Shown: one piece after another, positions 56,140 to 64,000 of the stretch
How the letters are laid out: each line of letters opens with the position of its first letter
How positions within the stretch are numbered: the first letter of the stretch is position 1
Made by a program: the position numbers and the translations under genes
NCBI GenBank assembly: GCA_009786085.1
Contig: WQTW01000001.1
Coordinates: 14,177 to 78,176 of the forward strand
From: Pseudomonadota bacterium
Lineage (GTDB): Bacteria > Pseudomonadota > Gammaproteobacteria > Burkholderiales > Casimicrobiaceae
Reading direction: 5' to 3'
Length of the DNA stretch: 64,000 nucleotides
Notes under the pieces: generated by a model
The model's database searches: none
Seen by the model: the letters and a program-made list of their open reading frames with translations, nothing else
Told to the model about the DNA's origin: nothing

Positions 56140-59007
56140 CTATGCGTTTTCTACCAGCCTGATTTCTTCTTCGGTCAGGCCGTATAACTCATACACCAAG
56201 TCGTCTATTTGACGATCCAGCATGGCGCATTTGCGCTTGGCAAGTTCGGCGGCACGACCGGTAGCATTGACTTCCTGTTTCTTCGCTTCCAACATTTGAT
56301 CAACCAATGCGACGATACGGTCATGGCGGAATTTGTCTTGTGAGCAGGAGAAGTCTATCCGAGGGATAGGCAGTCTGTTTGTCGAAGTGGCATCGAAGTG
56401 CATGGTGCGGATCGCCCGTCCATAAACGAAGCGGTACATGTACCAACTCACCAGTTTGGAATTGATGATGCCGAGCAGGAACTTGTTCGATAGCTCCCCG
56501 GTGCTGCGAATTTGGTTGATCGTGTCGAGCAGGACACAGCGCGAATCCTTTTGAGATGCCAGCGTTGCGATGATCTTGATGTGCCCAGCGGGATTGGCAA
56601 TATGCGCGATAATGTTTTGGGCGAGCACCGCGCCAGCCGTAACCTGTCCGTTTTCCGGGGTTTGAATACTCGTCGGCAAAACTGAAGACGGCAGCAGCAC
56701 GTTGTAGCGCGCAACATGCCGACCGCCGAATACACGGCGACCGCGCCCGCTTTCGACCAAGCTCGTCTGTAGCATCGCGCCGCGCGCGTTCATTGCCACA
56801 TCTCCCAGATTGACACCAGTAGCAACTATCTTTCGCCCAATACTCAATTCGGCGTCACTGATGCCATTGAGCCAGAAACCAAATACGCGAATTTCCGTCT
56901 TTGGAATCGTTACCGCATCGACGAACTCCTCGCCATCGCGTCGCAGCGTAAGATAGGTAGAACCGGCATTCGCCTCTTTGCCGAAGATGCAGATCGACTG
57001 CTCCAGTTTCACTTCCTTCCACGCCTTGCCGACATCGACCACGGTTTTCAAAGCATGCTGCGTATTGGAGCGCAAGGTTGCCCACGAGGACGAATAGGTA
57101 ATCGGTTTCGGCAAGATCATGCCGCTCAGGGAATCGGGCTTGGATAGCTCGAAGACCACTGCGAGCATCAGCGCTGCTGTATCAGTCGTACCCAGCGCAT
57201 AGCGTTTCGACAAGAACTTGCGCTCAATGGGCTGGAGTTCCGCGCCATACGGCGGATTACCAACGACAGCATCAAAGCCGCCAGAACGCATTACTTGCGG
57301 GAATGCGTCGCGGAATTCCAGCGGATTCAACCGCAACTCGTCTTCCGCGCTCAAACCCGTCGCACCCGCAATGTCCAAACTGATCAGGCTGTTGCCGCAC
57401 ACGATATTGCGATCCAAATCCGGCAACAACTTTTTCATGTTGGCGTCGCGCGCGAATTCGAGCCGGTATTGATGGGCGCTGGCCGCGCGTTCATCTTCAA
57501 GCAGTTTGAGGAACAAGGAAAGCTGTGCCACCTCGACGGCTTGCCGATCCAGATCGACGCCGTAAATGTTGTTTTGCAGGATGTTGCGACGTTGCGCCAG
57601 CGAGAGCCGCCAACGCCCTTCGTCGGTCTTTACGCATCCGGCCTTCTTGGCTTGTTTCTCGTGACCCGGCTGGTTGTACCAATCGGCGTGGTAGCGCAGC
57701 AATTCATCGTAGATGCCCAGCAAAAAACTGCCCGACCCGCAGGCGATGTCGGCAAAACGCATCTTGCTGATTTCGTCGGGCGTTTTGCCTGCAATAAGTT
57801 TGCCCACTGTCTGAGCGACGATGTAGCGCACGATGTATTCGGGTGTGTAGTAAACGCCGCCCGCTTTTCTGACTTCCGGTTTTTCTTCGACTGTAGCTCG
57901 TTTTTCCGTAGCGCGAATAACACTGCCGAGAAAGCGTTCGTAAATGCTGCCGAGGATGTGGATGGGGATGGCGTCGAAGTTGTAGGGGCTGTTCTCAGAG
58001 GCGAGACGTTCGCAGATGTCGCCGAAAGCATCATCGTCCACTTGAAAATCAGCATCGTCGAGCCGGGACAGTGCTTTGAAAACAATACCGTTGTAGATGG
58101 TGTCAAGCCGACGACTGGCGGACTGGAAGTCGGCCCAGGCGTTTTTGTCGTTGCCGAATTTTGACACGCGCACTTCGGTTTCGATCTGCTTGTCTTCCAG
58201 AAATCGCATAAAAACCAGACGATCCAGCGTACGTTGCACCAATTCGGTCAGTTCGGCGGAATCGAGCGAGACATCGGCTTTCTTGAAAGCTTTGGCCAGC
58301 GTTTCACGGTATTCGGCCAATTCCAACAAGAAGCTTTCATCGACCGGCTGATAGCCTCCTTTGAACAGGCCGCGTTGTTTCGCGCCGCCTTTTGGCTTGG
58401 GCAGTTCGCCGACGCGACGCAAATAGGAACCATCCGCGTGAGCTTCGCGGGAGAAAAGCCAGTAAAACTCGGCGAATTTGCTTGTGTCACGGAAGTCGCT
58501 GTAATGCCAACTCTTGTAAACCTGTTGCAGCGCGCTGTCGGGGTGTGGGCGGCGACGGCAATCCAGTACGCGGATTTGCTCAAAGTCTGTAAGTACGGCT
58601 AACGGCGTGCCGGCGCTGTAGCCGTAACGCAGGGTTTGAAAGTGTGTGTCAACGCTGTGCTCCAGTTGAATGCTTGGCTTTTTGGCTTCAACGTAAAAAC
58701 GCACGTCGCGGAAGTTGGGCGCAAGGTAGAAAGCATAATCGGCGCGCTTTTGTGCGCGGGCGCTTTGGACGATGACACCGGATTCAACTTTAACTTCCTG
58801 TTCGTAGGGATTGTGCTGGTGTTCGTGGTCAACATCCCACCCGAGGGCTTTGAACAACGGATCGATAAAATCCTTACGGGCTTCGACTTCCTGATAGCTT
58901 GGTTGTAAATACTTTTCTTGCGCATAGCGCGCGAAGCGGTCGATAAGTTCGGTGACCCTGGCGTGAGCCTGCAAGAAAGCAACGTTAGAGGGATTCTTGG
59001 GCGTCAT
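56140..59007 (-). CDS. single-polypeptide type IIG restriction-modification enzyme (PD-(D/E)xK nuclease + gamma-class N6-adenine methyltransferase + TaqI-like specificity domain)
   Basis: 955 aa. The N-terminal nuclease-like motifs are 'RADYAFY...FYVEAKKP'. The SAM motif is 'FADIACGSGSFLL', the catalytic motif is 'VVGNPPYG', and the C-terminus 'LVYELYGLTEEEI' is typical of Eco57I/MmeI-like fused enzymes. The gene is visibly A/T-richer than selA and selB. Confidence 0.8.
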   Translation of the reverse strand: MTPKNPSNVAFLQAHARVTELIDRFARYAQEKYLQPSYQEVEARKDFIDPLFKALGWDVDHEHQHNPYEQEVKVESGVIVQSARAQKRADYAFYLAPNFRDVRFYVEAKKPSIQLEHSVDTHFQTLRYGYSAGTPLAVLTDFEQIRVLDCRRRPHPDSALQQVYKSWHYSDFRDTSKFAEFYWLFSREAHADGSYLRRVGELPKPKGGAKQRGLFKGGYQPVDESFLLELAEYRETLAKAFKKADVSLDSAELTELVQRTLDRLVFMRFLEDKQIETEVRVSKFGNDKNAWADFQSASRRLDTIYNGIVFKALSRLDDADFQVDDDAFGDICERLASENSPYNFDAIPIHILGSIYERFLGSVIRATEKRATVEEKPEVRKAGGVYYTPEYIVRYIVAQTVGKLIAGKTPDEISKMRFADIACGSGSFLLGIYDELLRYHADWYNQPGHEKQAKKAGCVKTDEGRWRLSLAQRRNILQNNIYGVDLDRQAVEVAQLSLFLKLLEDERAASAHQYRLEFARDANMKKLLPDLDRNIVCGNSLISLDIAGATGLSAEDELRLNPLEFRDAFPQVMRSGGFDAVVGNPPYGAELQPIERKFLSKRYALGTTDTAALMLAVVFELSKPDSLSGMILPKPITYSSSWATLRSNTQHALKTVVDVGKAWKEVKLEQSICIFGKEANAGSTYLTLRRDGEEFVDAVTIPKTEIRVFGFWLNGISDAELSIGRKIVATGVNLGDVAMNARGAMLQTSLVESGRGRRVFGGRHVARYNVLLPSSVLPTSIQTPENGQVTAGAVLAQNIIAHIANPAGHIKIIATLASQKDSRCVLLDTINQIRSTGELSNKFLLGIINSKLVSWYMYRFVYGRAIRTMHFDATSTNRLPIPRIDFSCSQDKFRHDRIVALVDQMLEAKKQEVNATGRAAELAKRKCAMLDRQIDDLVYELYGLTEEEIRLVENA

Positions 59008-59051
59008 GGGTCTTGGTTCCCGCGAGGATGGCCATATTGTTAGACTAACCG

Positions 59052-59078
59052 ATTTCTCTCACCAGTGGTGAGAGAAAT
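59052..59078. promoter_or_regulatory. 27-bp perfect palindrome upstream of the RM gene
   Basis: 'atttctctcacc agt ggtgagagaaat' has 12-bp exact arms. It lies 45-71 nt upstream of the RM ATG (59007) and 49 nt downstream of the selA stop. It could be an operator or a hairpin. Confidence 0.35.
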
Positions 59079-59126
59079 TCATTGTCTTGGTAAGTCTCGT
59101 AGAACTGCCGCATCCGCGTGAGATAC

Positions 59127-59170
59127 CTATCTGATTTCCGGCTTCTGACATCTGACATCTGCCCCCTGCC
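59127..59170. repeat. heptamer array overlapping the selA 3' end
   Basis: 'ctatctgatttccggcttctgacatctgacatctgccccctgcc'. The end motif 'tctgacatctgccccctgcc' also occurs, inverted, next to the mutL ATG (23018-23037). Confidence 0.9.
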
Positions 59171-60554
59171 TCGCCGCCCGCAACGCCGCCAGCAATTCAC
59201 TCTCATCATCGAGGCAACGCAAATCGAGCCACAGGCGATTGTCGGCGATGCGTCCGAGGATCGGTTTCGGTTGTGCGTGCCAGTGCGCCGCCAGAGCTTC
59301 CAGTGTGCGACCGCGTCCGTCGCGGGCGGTGAAGGTCAGCGCCTGGCTCGGCACGGTGTTCATCGGCAACGCGCCGCTGCCGATTTGTGACAGGCACGGC
59401 GCGCTGTCGATGTGGAACGATGCGCCATACGCTTTCCGGCATTCCGGCAGCAGGCGTTCGACGGCTTGCGCGATGTCCGGTTGCGGTCGCGTCAGGTAAC
59501 GCAGTGTCGGCAACAGCAACGGCAGTTGATCGCTGCGCGAATAAAGACGCAGTGTCGCTTCCAGCGCGGCCAGTGTGATTTTGTCGCAGCGCAGGGCGCG
59601 CTTGAGCGGATGTTTTTGCAAGCGCGCGATGGCGTCAGCACGACCGACGATGATTCCCGCTTGCGGGCCGCCCAAAAGTTTGTCGCCGGAGAAGCTCACA
59701 AGATCGACGCCATCGGCCAGGATGCGCTGCTGCATGGTCTCCGCGGGAAGGCCGTAGGCGCTCATGTCGATCAACGCGCCGCTGCCCAGATCGCTGGCGA
59801 CGGGCACGCCTGTTTCGCGTCCCAATGCCGCCAGTTCGGCTTCCGACACGGACGAGGTGAAGCCTTCGATCCGGTAGTTGCTGGTGTGGACTTTGACCAG
59901 CAGCGCGGTGCGCTCGGTGATCGCGTTGCGGTAGTCGGCGAGGTGGGTGCGGTTGGTGGCGCCGACTTCGACCAGCGTGCAACCGGCTTGTCGCATCACG
60001 TCGGGAATTCGGAACGCGCCGCCGATTTCGATTAACTCGCCGCGCGAAGCAATCGCTTCTTTGCCGTCGGCGAGCGCCGCGAACATCAGCAGCACGGCGG
60101 CCGCGTTGTTGTTGACGACGCAGCAGGCTTCGGCGCCGGTGATGTCGCGCAGCAGTTCGGCGACGGTGTCGTCGCGGTGACCGCGCTGCGCTTCGTCGAG
60201 GTCGTATTCGAGGGTGACCGGCGAACGCATCACGCGGGCGACGGCGTCGATGGCGTCGTCCGCCAGTTGGGCGCGTCCCAGGTTGGTGTGCAGAACGACG
60301 CCGGTCAGGTTGAACACCGGCTTGAGTTTCGAGGCGCTTCGTTCCGCCAGCGTTCGCTGCAACGCCGTCGCCCAATCGTTCGCCCACACCGGCAACGCGC
60401 GGTGCGCGGCGATATGGGCGCGGGCTTCGGCAAGCAGCGCCCGCGCGGCGTCGGCGGTCAGGCGCGCGCCGTAGCGCGACACCAGCGGCGCCACCGCCGC
60501 ATCATGGAGCAAACGATCAACAGACGGAAGCTGCGAATACGGGGCGTCTGGCAC
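59127..60554 (-). CDS. selA: L-seryl-tRNA(Sec) selenium transferase
   Basis: 475 aa. The N-terminus is '[11 protein letters not shown]' and the PLP-lysine region is '[20 protein letters not shown]'. It ends with '[14 protein letters not shown]', as in E. coli SelA. The start is a GTG. The last roughly 14 aa come from the heptamer array. Confidence 0.9.
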   Translation of the reverse strand: MPDAPYSQLPSVDRLLHDAAVAPLVSRYGARLTADAARALLAEARAHIAAHRALPVWANDWATALQRTLAERSASKLKPVFNLTGVVLHTNLGRAQLADDAIDAVARVMRSPVTLEYDLDEAQRGHRDDTVAELLRDITGAEACCVVNNNAAAVLLMFAALADGKEAIASRGELIEIGGAFRIPDVMRQAGCTLVEVGATNRTHLADYRNAITERTALLVKVHTSNYRIEGFTSSVSEAELAALGRETGVPVASDLGSGALIDMSAYGLPAETMQQRILADGVDLVSFSGDKLLGGPQAGIIVGRADAIARLQKHPLKRALRCDKITLAALEATLRLYSRSDQLPLLLPTLRYLTRPQPDIAQAVERLLPECRKAYGASFHIDSAPCLSQIGSGALPMNTVPSQALTFTARDGRGRTLEALAAHWHAQPKPILGRIADNRLWLDLRCLDDESELLAALRAARQGADVRCQKPEIR

Positions 60555-60594
60555 GATTAGCGCGCTTTTTGTTTAACGATTCACAACCACCCAA

Positions 60595-60655
60595 CACTCC
60601 ATCTTCGGCTCACCCTCTCCCCAGCCCTCTCCCGCAAGCGGGAGAGGGAGCAGGG
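60595..60655. repeat. P1 hairpin module between fdhE and selA
   Basis: 'caccctctccccagccctctcccgcaagcgggagagggagc' at 60613-60650. Confidence 0.85.
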
Positions 60656-60691
60656 CGGCGTAATGCGGACAGGTGTACATTAAAAACCGAT

Positions 60692-61585
60692 CTACGTCGA
60701 TGGAAACAGAAACGGATTGATGCTGCTGCGGCTGAATCCTTCGTCTTCGAGACGCGCGTCGAGCGCCAGACTGGCGAGATCGTCGGCAACGGCATCGACA
60801 TCTTTGTCGTCCTTTTGGTAAAGGATTTTCAGGTAGCTGCGGCAATCGCCGCAACTTTCGGCCTTGATCGCCGGAAATTGTTTTTCGAGCGACCAGTAGT
60901 CGATGTCGCGGCCACTGTCGCAGTTGCTGCACAGGGCGCGGACGACGTGCCATTCGCTTTCGCAGAGCCGACAATGCAGGTAGCGCAGACCGTCCGGATG
61001 AACGATGCTGGCGACCGGCGCGTTGCCGCACAACGGACACAGATGGCGTTCCGTACCGCTTTGGTTATCGACGACGATCTTGCTGCGAGCGACGCGCTGC
61101 ATCGCCGCCAGCGACAACGCCGCCCAGAAGAACGGCGCGCCATCGCTGCCGGTCAGCGACGTATCGTTGTTGAGCAGCGCGTGAGCAGCGGCGGTTCGTT
61201 GTACGGTGTCGAGTTTTTTCAGGCGTCCGAGCACGGTTTGCACCGGCGGCGGCACATGCGGCAACAGCGCCGCCATCAGCGTCGTCAAACTCTCTTGCCA
61301 GAAAGAATCCTGCAACAGCCGCGCCATCGACAACGGCGGCGTCACCCAATCGACGTGCAATGTCGTGGTCGGCATCGGCGCGCTGCTCTCCTGACGACTC
61401 AGCGCCTGTTGAACCATCACGACTTGCGCCGCAAACGACAGGTAATCACGCAACGACGGCTCGGTTTCGGCCAGCGCGCACAACCGACGGGCACGCGTTT
61501 CGTACAGCGTGACCGGGTTGGCAAGAAAAAGCGGCGCGATAGAACCTATCGCGCCGGCAGGTGTTAAAGAAGATACGTCAGACAT
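60692..61585 (-). CDS. fdhE: formate dehydrogenase accessory protein FdhE
   Basis: 297 aa with the four Cys pairs 'CPLCG', 'CRLCESEW', 'CSNCDS' and 'CGDCRSYLK', typical of FdhE. The ATG at 61585 shares one nt with the fdoI stop. Confidence 0.85.
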   Translation of the reverse strand: MSDVSSLTPAGAIGSIAPLFLANPVTLYETRARRLCALAETEPSLRDYLSFAAQVVMVQQALSRQESSAPMPTTTLHVDWVTPPLSMARLLQDSFWQESLTTLMAALLPHVPPPVQTVLGRLKKLDTVQRTAAAHALLNNDTSLTGSDGAPFFWAALSLAAMQRVARSKIVVDNQSGTERHLCPLCGNAPVASIVHPDGLRYLHCRLCESEWHVVRALCSNCDSGRDIDYWSLEKQFPAIKAESCGDCRSYLKILYQKDDKDVDAVADDLASLALDARLEDEGFSRSSINPFLFPST

Positions 61586-62226
61586 CAAGTGTTTTTGTTC
61601 CCTTTGGTTGCCAGTGCACGGAGCCAGCGCGGGTGGTGCTTCTTCGCCCAGGAACGGCTGACCGTCCCCTGCGTCATGCCGCGCAATGTTCCTTTATACC
61701 AGAAACCCATATAAATGTGCACGAAAATCATGAACATCATCAGGATGCCGCACATCGAATGCACGAGCAGCGCCAGCCGAAGCAGCGGAACCGGAAAGAG
61801 GTGGGCGAAATAAGGCCGCCACGCGATCAATCCGGACACCAGCATGATGGCCGTCAACCCCATGATTTTCCAGAACAACATCTTCTGGCCGGGGTTGTAA
61901 TGGCCGACTTCGACGACATGGTGCTCATTCCCTTTCAGGATGTCGGGGATGTGCTTGAACCACTTGCTGTCATCCTTTTCCGGCAGGCAGTGCGGGGCAT
62001 TGCGAAAGAGCAGAACGATCAATCCCGCCACCATCACCAGCCCGAACACCGGATGCAGGAACTGCGCCAACTGGGGCGTACCCAGGAAGCCCAGCAATCC
62101 GTGCAGCGACGGGAAGAAAAAGCCCAATCCCGAGACGGTGACAAAGAAAAAGCCCAACACCGTCACCCAGTGCGCGACACGCACCGGGTAGGGATGGCGA
62201 ACAACAACGTCTTTTTGATTAGTCAT
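61585..62226 (-). CDS. fdoI: formate dehydrogenase cytochrome b556 (gamma) subunit
   Basis: 213 aa, 4 TM, beginning '[20 protein letters not shown]' with conserved His ligands. The ATG is at 62226; the track ORF extends upstream into fdoH. Confidence 0.85.
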   Translation of the reverse strand: MTNQKDVVVRHPYPVRVAHWVTVLGFFFVTVSGLGFFFPSLHGLLGFLGTPQLAQFLHPVFGLVMVAGLIVLLFRNAPHCLPEKDDSKWFKHIPDILKGNEHHVVEVGHYNPGQKMLFWKIMGLTAIMLVSGLIAWRPYFAHLFPVPLLRLALLVHSMCGILMMFMIFVHIYMGFWYKGTLRGMTQGTVSRSWAKKHHPRWLRALATKGNKNT

Positions 62227-63097
62227 GTTTTTTCTCCTCCTCATCGTCCTCGGCCACAGGGCCGACGCCGATGTAATGCAATGCAGCGGCTGCGAACATC
62301 GCGATAAAGCCGACCGCGGCCAGCGGTTTGAACGCGCCCTTCCAGAAACGCACCATCGGGCTGATGGTCGGGTTTTTGGGCAGGTCGCTGTACAGTTCCG
62401 GCCGATCGGCGTGGTGCAGCACATACATCACGTGCGTGCCGCCGACGCCTTCCGGATCGTACAATCCGGCGTTGGCAAAACCGCGCGACTTCAATTCGGC
62501 GATGCGTTTTTCCGCCCGCGTTATCATGTCCGCTTTGCTGCCGAACATAATCGCGCTGGTCGGGCAGGTCTTCGCGCAAGACGGCGCTTGTCCGGCAAAA
62601 ACGCGATCGACGCACAGGTTGCACTTGTAAACGCGCTTGTCGATCGGATTCTGCTTCGGAACGTCGAACGGACAACCGGCGATGCAATAGCCGCAACCGG
62701 TGCAAAGATCCTGCACGATATCGACGATGCCGTTCGCGTGTTGCACGATCGCGCCCGGAACCGGGCATGCGATTTGACAGCCGGGTTTTTCGCAGTGCAT
62801 ACAGCCGTCCTTGCGGATCAGCCATTGCAGTTTGCCGTTTTCCTCGACTTCGTTATAACGCATCACCGTCCAGGCGTTCGGCCCGAGATCTGCCGGATTG
62901 TCGTAAACGCCGACGTTATGGCCGACATCAGGACGGTAATCGTTCCACTCCGAACAAGCGACCTGACACGCCTTGCAGCCGATGCAAATCGTGGTGTCGA
63001 TCAGCTTTGCGACTTCCTGCTGATAGACATACTTTTGCGGCGCCGGTGTCAGTGCGTTGGTGGCGGAGGATACGTAATGGTGTTTATCTACTTGCAT
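62219..63097 (-). CDS. fdoH: formate dehydrogenase iron-sulfur (beta) subunit
   Basis: Four ferredoxin-type clusters ('[11 protein letters not shown]', 'CMHCEKPGC', '[11 protein letters not shown]', 'CNLC...') and a C-terminal TM anchor. The ATG at 63097 follows GGAGG, just after the fdoG stop. Confidence 0.9.
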   Translation of the reverse strand: MQVDKHHYVSSATNALTPAPQKYVYQQEVAKLIDTTICIGCKACQVACSEWNDYRPDVGHNVGVYDNPADLGPNAWTVMRYNEVEENGKLQWLIRKDGCMHCEKPGCQIACPVPGAIVQHANGIVDIVQDLCTGCGYCIAGCPFDVPKQNPIDKRVYKCNLCVDRVFAGQAPSCAKTCPTSAIMFGSKADMITRAEKRIAELKSRGFANAGLYDPEGVGGTHVMYVLHHADRPELYSDLPKNPTISPMVRFWKGAFKPLAAVGFIAMFAAAALHYIGVGPVAEDDEEEKKHD

Positions 63098-63107
63098 GTT
63101 CGCCTCC

Positions 63108-64000
63108 TCACGCCTTCTTGACATTGACCAGGAACGCCTTGAACTCCGGCGTCTGGGTATTGGCGTCGCCGATCGCGGTTGTCAACCGGTTGGCCATATG
63201 TCCCTTGACGGTTTCGCCCTTGAAGCCCCAGTGAATCGGAATGCCGACGGTTTCGACATCCTGACCGTTGACTCTCAGCTTCTTGATTCGCTTGGTGACC
63301 GCCGCCTTGACCTTGATCACGCCACGTTTCGAGCTGATCTGGATCGTGTCGCCCGACTTGACGCCGACTTTCTTCGCCAGCGTTTCGCTGATTTCAGCGA
63401 ACGCTTCCGGCTGCGTGATGGCGTTGAGTTTGGACGCTTTCGTCAGCGCGTGGAAATGCTCGGTCAACCGGTACGTCGTCGCCACATACGGGAACTCGTC
63501 GGGAGTACCGAGGTTCTTCGTGTCGTTCTCCATCAGGCGCGCCGCCGGATTCACCACCACGTTCGGATGCAACGGGTTGGTGCCGATCGGCGATTCCACC
63601 GGTTCGTAATGCTCGGGGAACGGCCCTTCGGCCATCTTGCCCTGCGCAAACAATCCGCCGACACCATCCTGCTGCATGATGAACGGCGTCACGGCGCTTC
63701 CCGGAGGCGCGGCGGTGAAGTCAGGAACATCGTAGCCGGTCCACACCGCGCCGTTCCACCACAACAGCTTGCGCTTCGGATCCCAGGGATTGCCCTGCGG
63801 GTCCATCGACGCGCGGTTGTAGAGAACGCGGCGATTCAGCGGCCAGGCCCAGGCCCAACCCGGCGTGTTGCCGAGACCGGACGGATCAGCGTTGTCGCGC
63901 CGCGCCATCTGGTTGCCCGCTTCCGTCCAACTGCCGGAATAAATCCAGCAACCGCAGGCGGTCGTGCCGTCGTCGCGCAACTGTCCGAAACCGCTCAGTT
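63108..64000 (-). CDS. fdoG: formate dehydrogenase catalytic (alpha) subunit, C-terminal about 297 aa (partial, continues beyond the window)
   Basis: Molybdopterin-oxidoreductase C-terminal domain ('[11 protein letters not shown]', '[23 protein letters not shown]', 'IPIHWGF'). The Sec (UGA) codon and SECIS expected near the N-terminus are outside the window. Confidence 0.9.
   Translation of the reverse strand, partial: LSGFGQLRDDGTTACGCWIYSGSWTEAGNQMARRDNADPSGLGNTPGWAWAWPLNRRVLYNRASMDPQGNPWDPKRKLLWWNGAVWTGYDVPDFTAAPPGSAVTPFIMQQDGVGGLFAQGKMAEGPFPEHYEPVESPIGTNPLHPNVVVNPAARLMENDTKNLGTPDEFPYVATTYRLTEHFHALTKASKLNAITQPEAFAEISETLAKKVGVKSGDTIQISSKRGVIKVKAAVTKRIKKLRVNGQDVETVGIPIHWGFKGETVKGHMANRLTTAIGDANTQTPEFKAFLVNVKKA

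Noticed and set aside
53832-59126. A tRNA-targeted genomic island or prophage at tRNA-Arg/tRNA-Sec carrying the RM gene.
   Set aside because: There is no integrase, excisionase or phage gene. By eye I saw no direct repeat of either tRNA 3' end flanking the RM gene. The foreign segment appears to be the single RM gene only. An exhaustive att search was not possible by eye.

Overview
This is a 64-kb segment of a GC-rich proteobacterial chromosome with beta/gamma-like gene content. All calls come from reading the sequence and recognising motifs; no searches were run.

Most of the window is core housekeeping:
- yggU-proC-yggS, divergent from pilT-pilU-DUF971-ubiE
- gshA and mgtE
- nusB-ribH-ribBA-mogA-yjgA and miaA
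- mutL, then folE2-dxs-ispA-xseB
- maf-rng-dgkA, thyA and cinA
- rpsP-rimM-trmD-rplS
- a complete arnBCADTEF lipid-A modification operon
- ftsK-lolA and tRNA-Arg(ACG)
- a selenocysteine/formate-dehydrogenase locus: selC tRNA-Sec, selB, selA, fdhE, fdoI, fdoH and the 3' end of fdoG

Accessory content:
- two ParE/RelE-type toxin-antitoxin pairs
- one REP-associated tyrosine transposase (RayT) flanked by inverted REPs
- a single-chain type IIG restriction-modification gene wedged between selA and selB
- a MITE-like element with a 9-bp target duplication
- several A/T-richer orphan genes

The most unusual property is non-coding. Almost every intergenic gap over about 100 bp is filled with mosaics built from a small vocabulary of short palindromic or tandem modules:
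- at least six GTAG-type REP families
- a 'ctctcccgcaagcgggagag' hairpin
- a 30-bp-arm 'gtcattgcgagcgaagcgaagcaatccag' hairpin
- 'ttaaccacgaaaagcacgaaag', 'ttaaccgcaaagaacgcaaag' and 'tcacgcgaaggcgcgaag' words
- STRR-like heptamer arrays (TCTGACN)n

By my rough manual tally these mosaics cover about 6 kb, or 9-10% of the window. They butt directly against genes, or run into them, and supply stop codons, C-terminal tails and possibly one start codon.

I found no rRNA, no CRISPR array, no prophage and no convincing multi-gene novel defence system. The findings are ranked accordingly.
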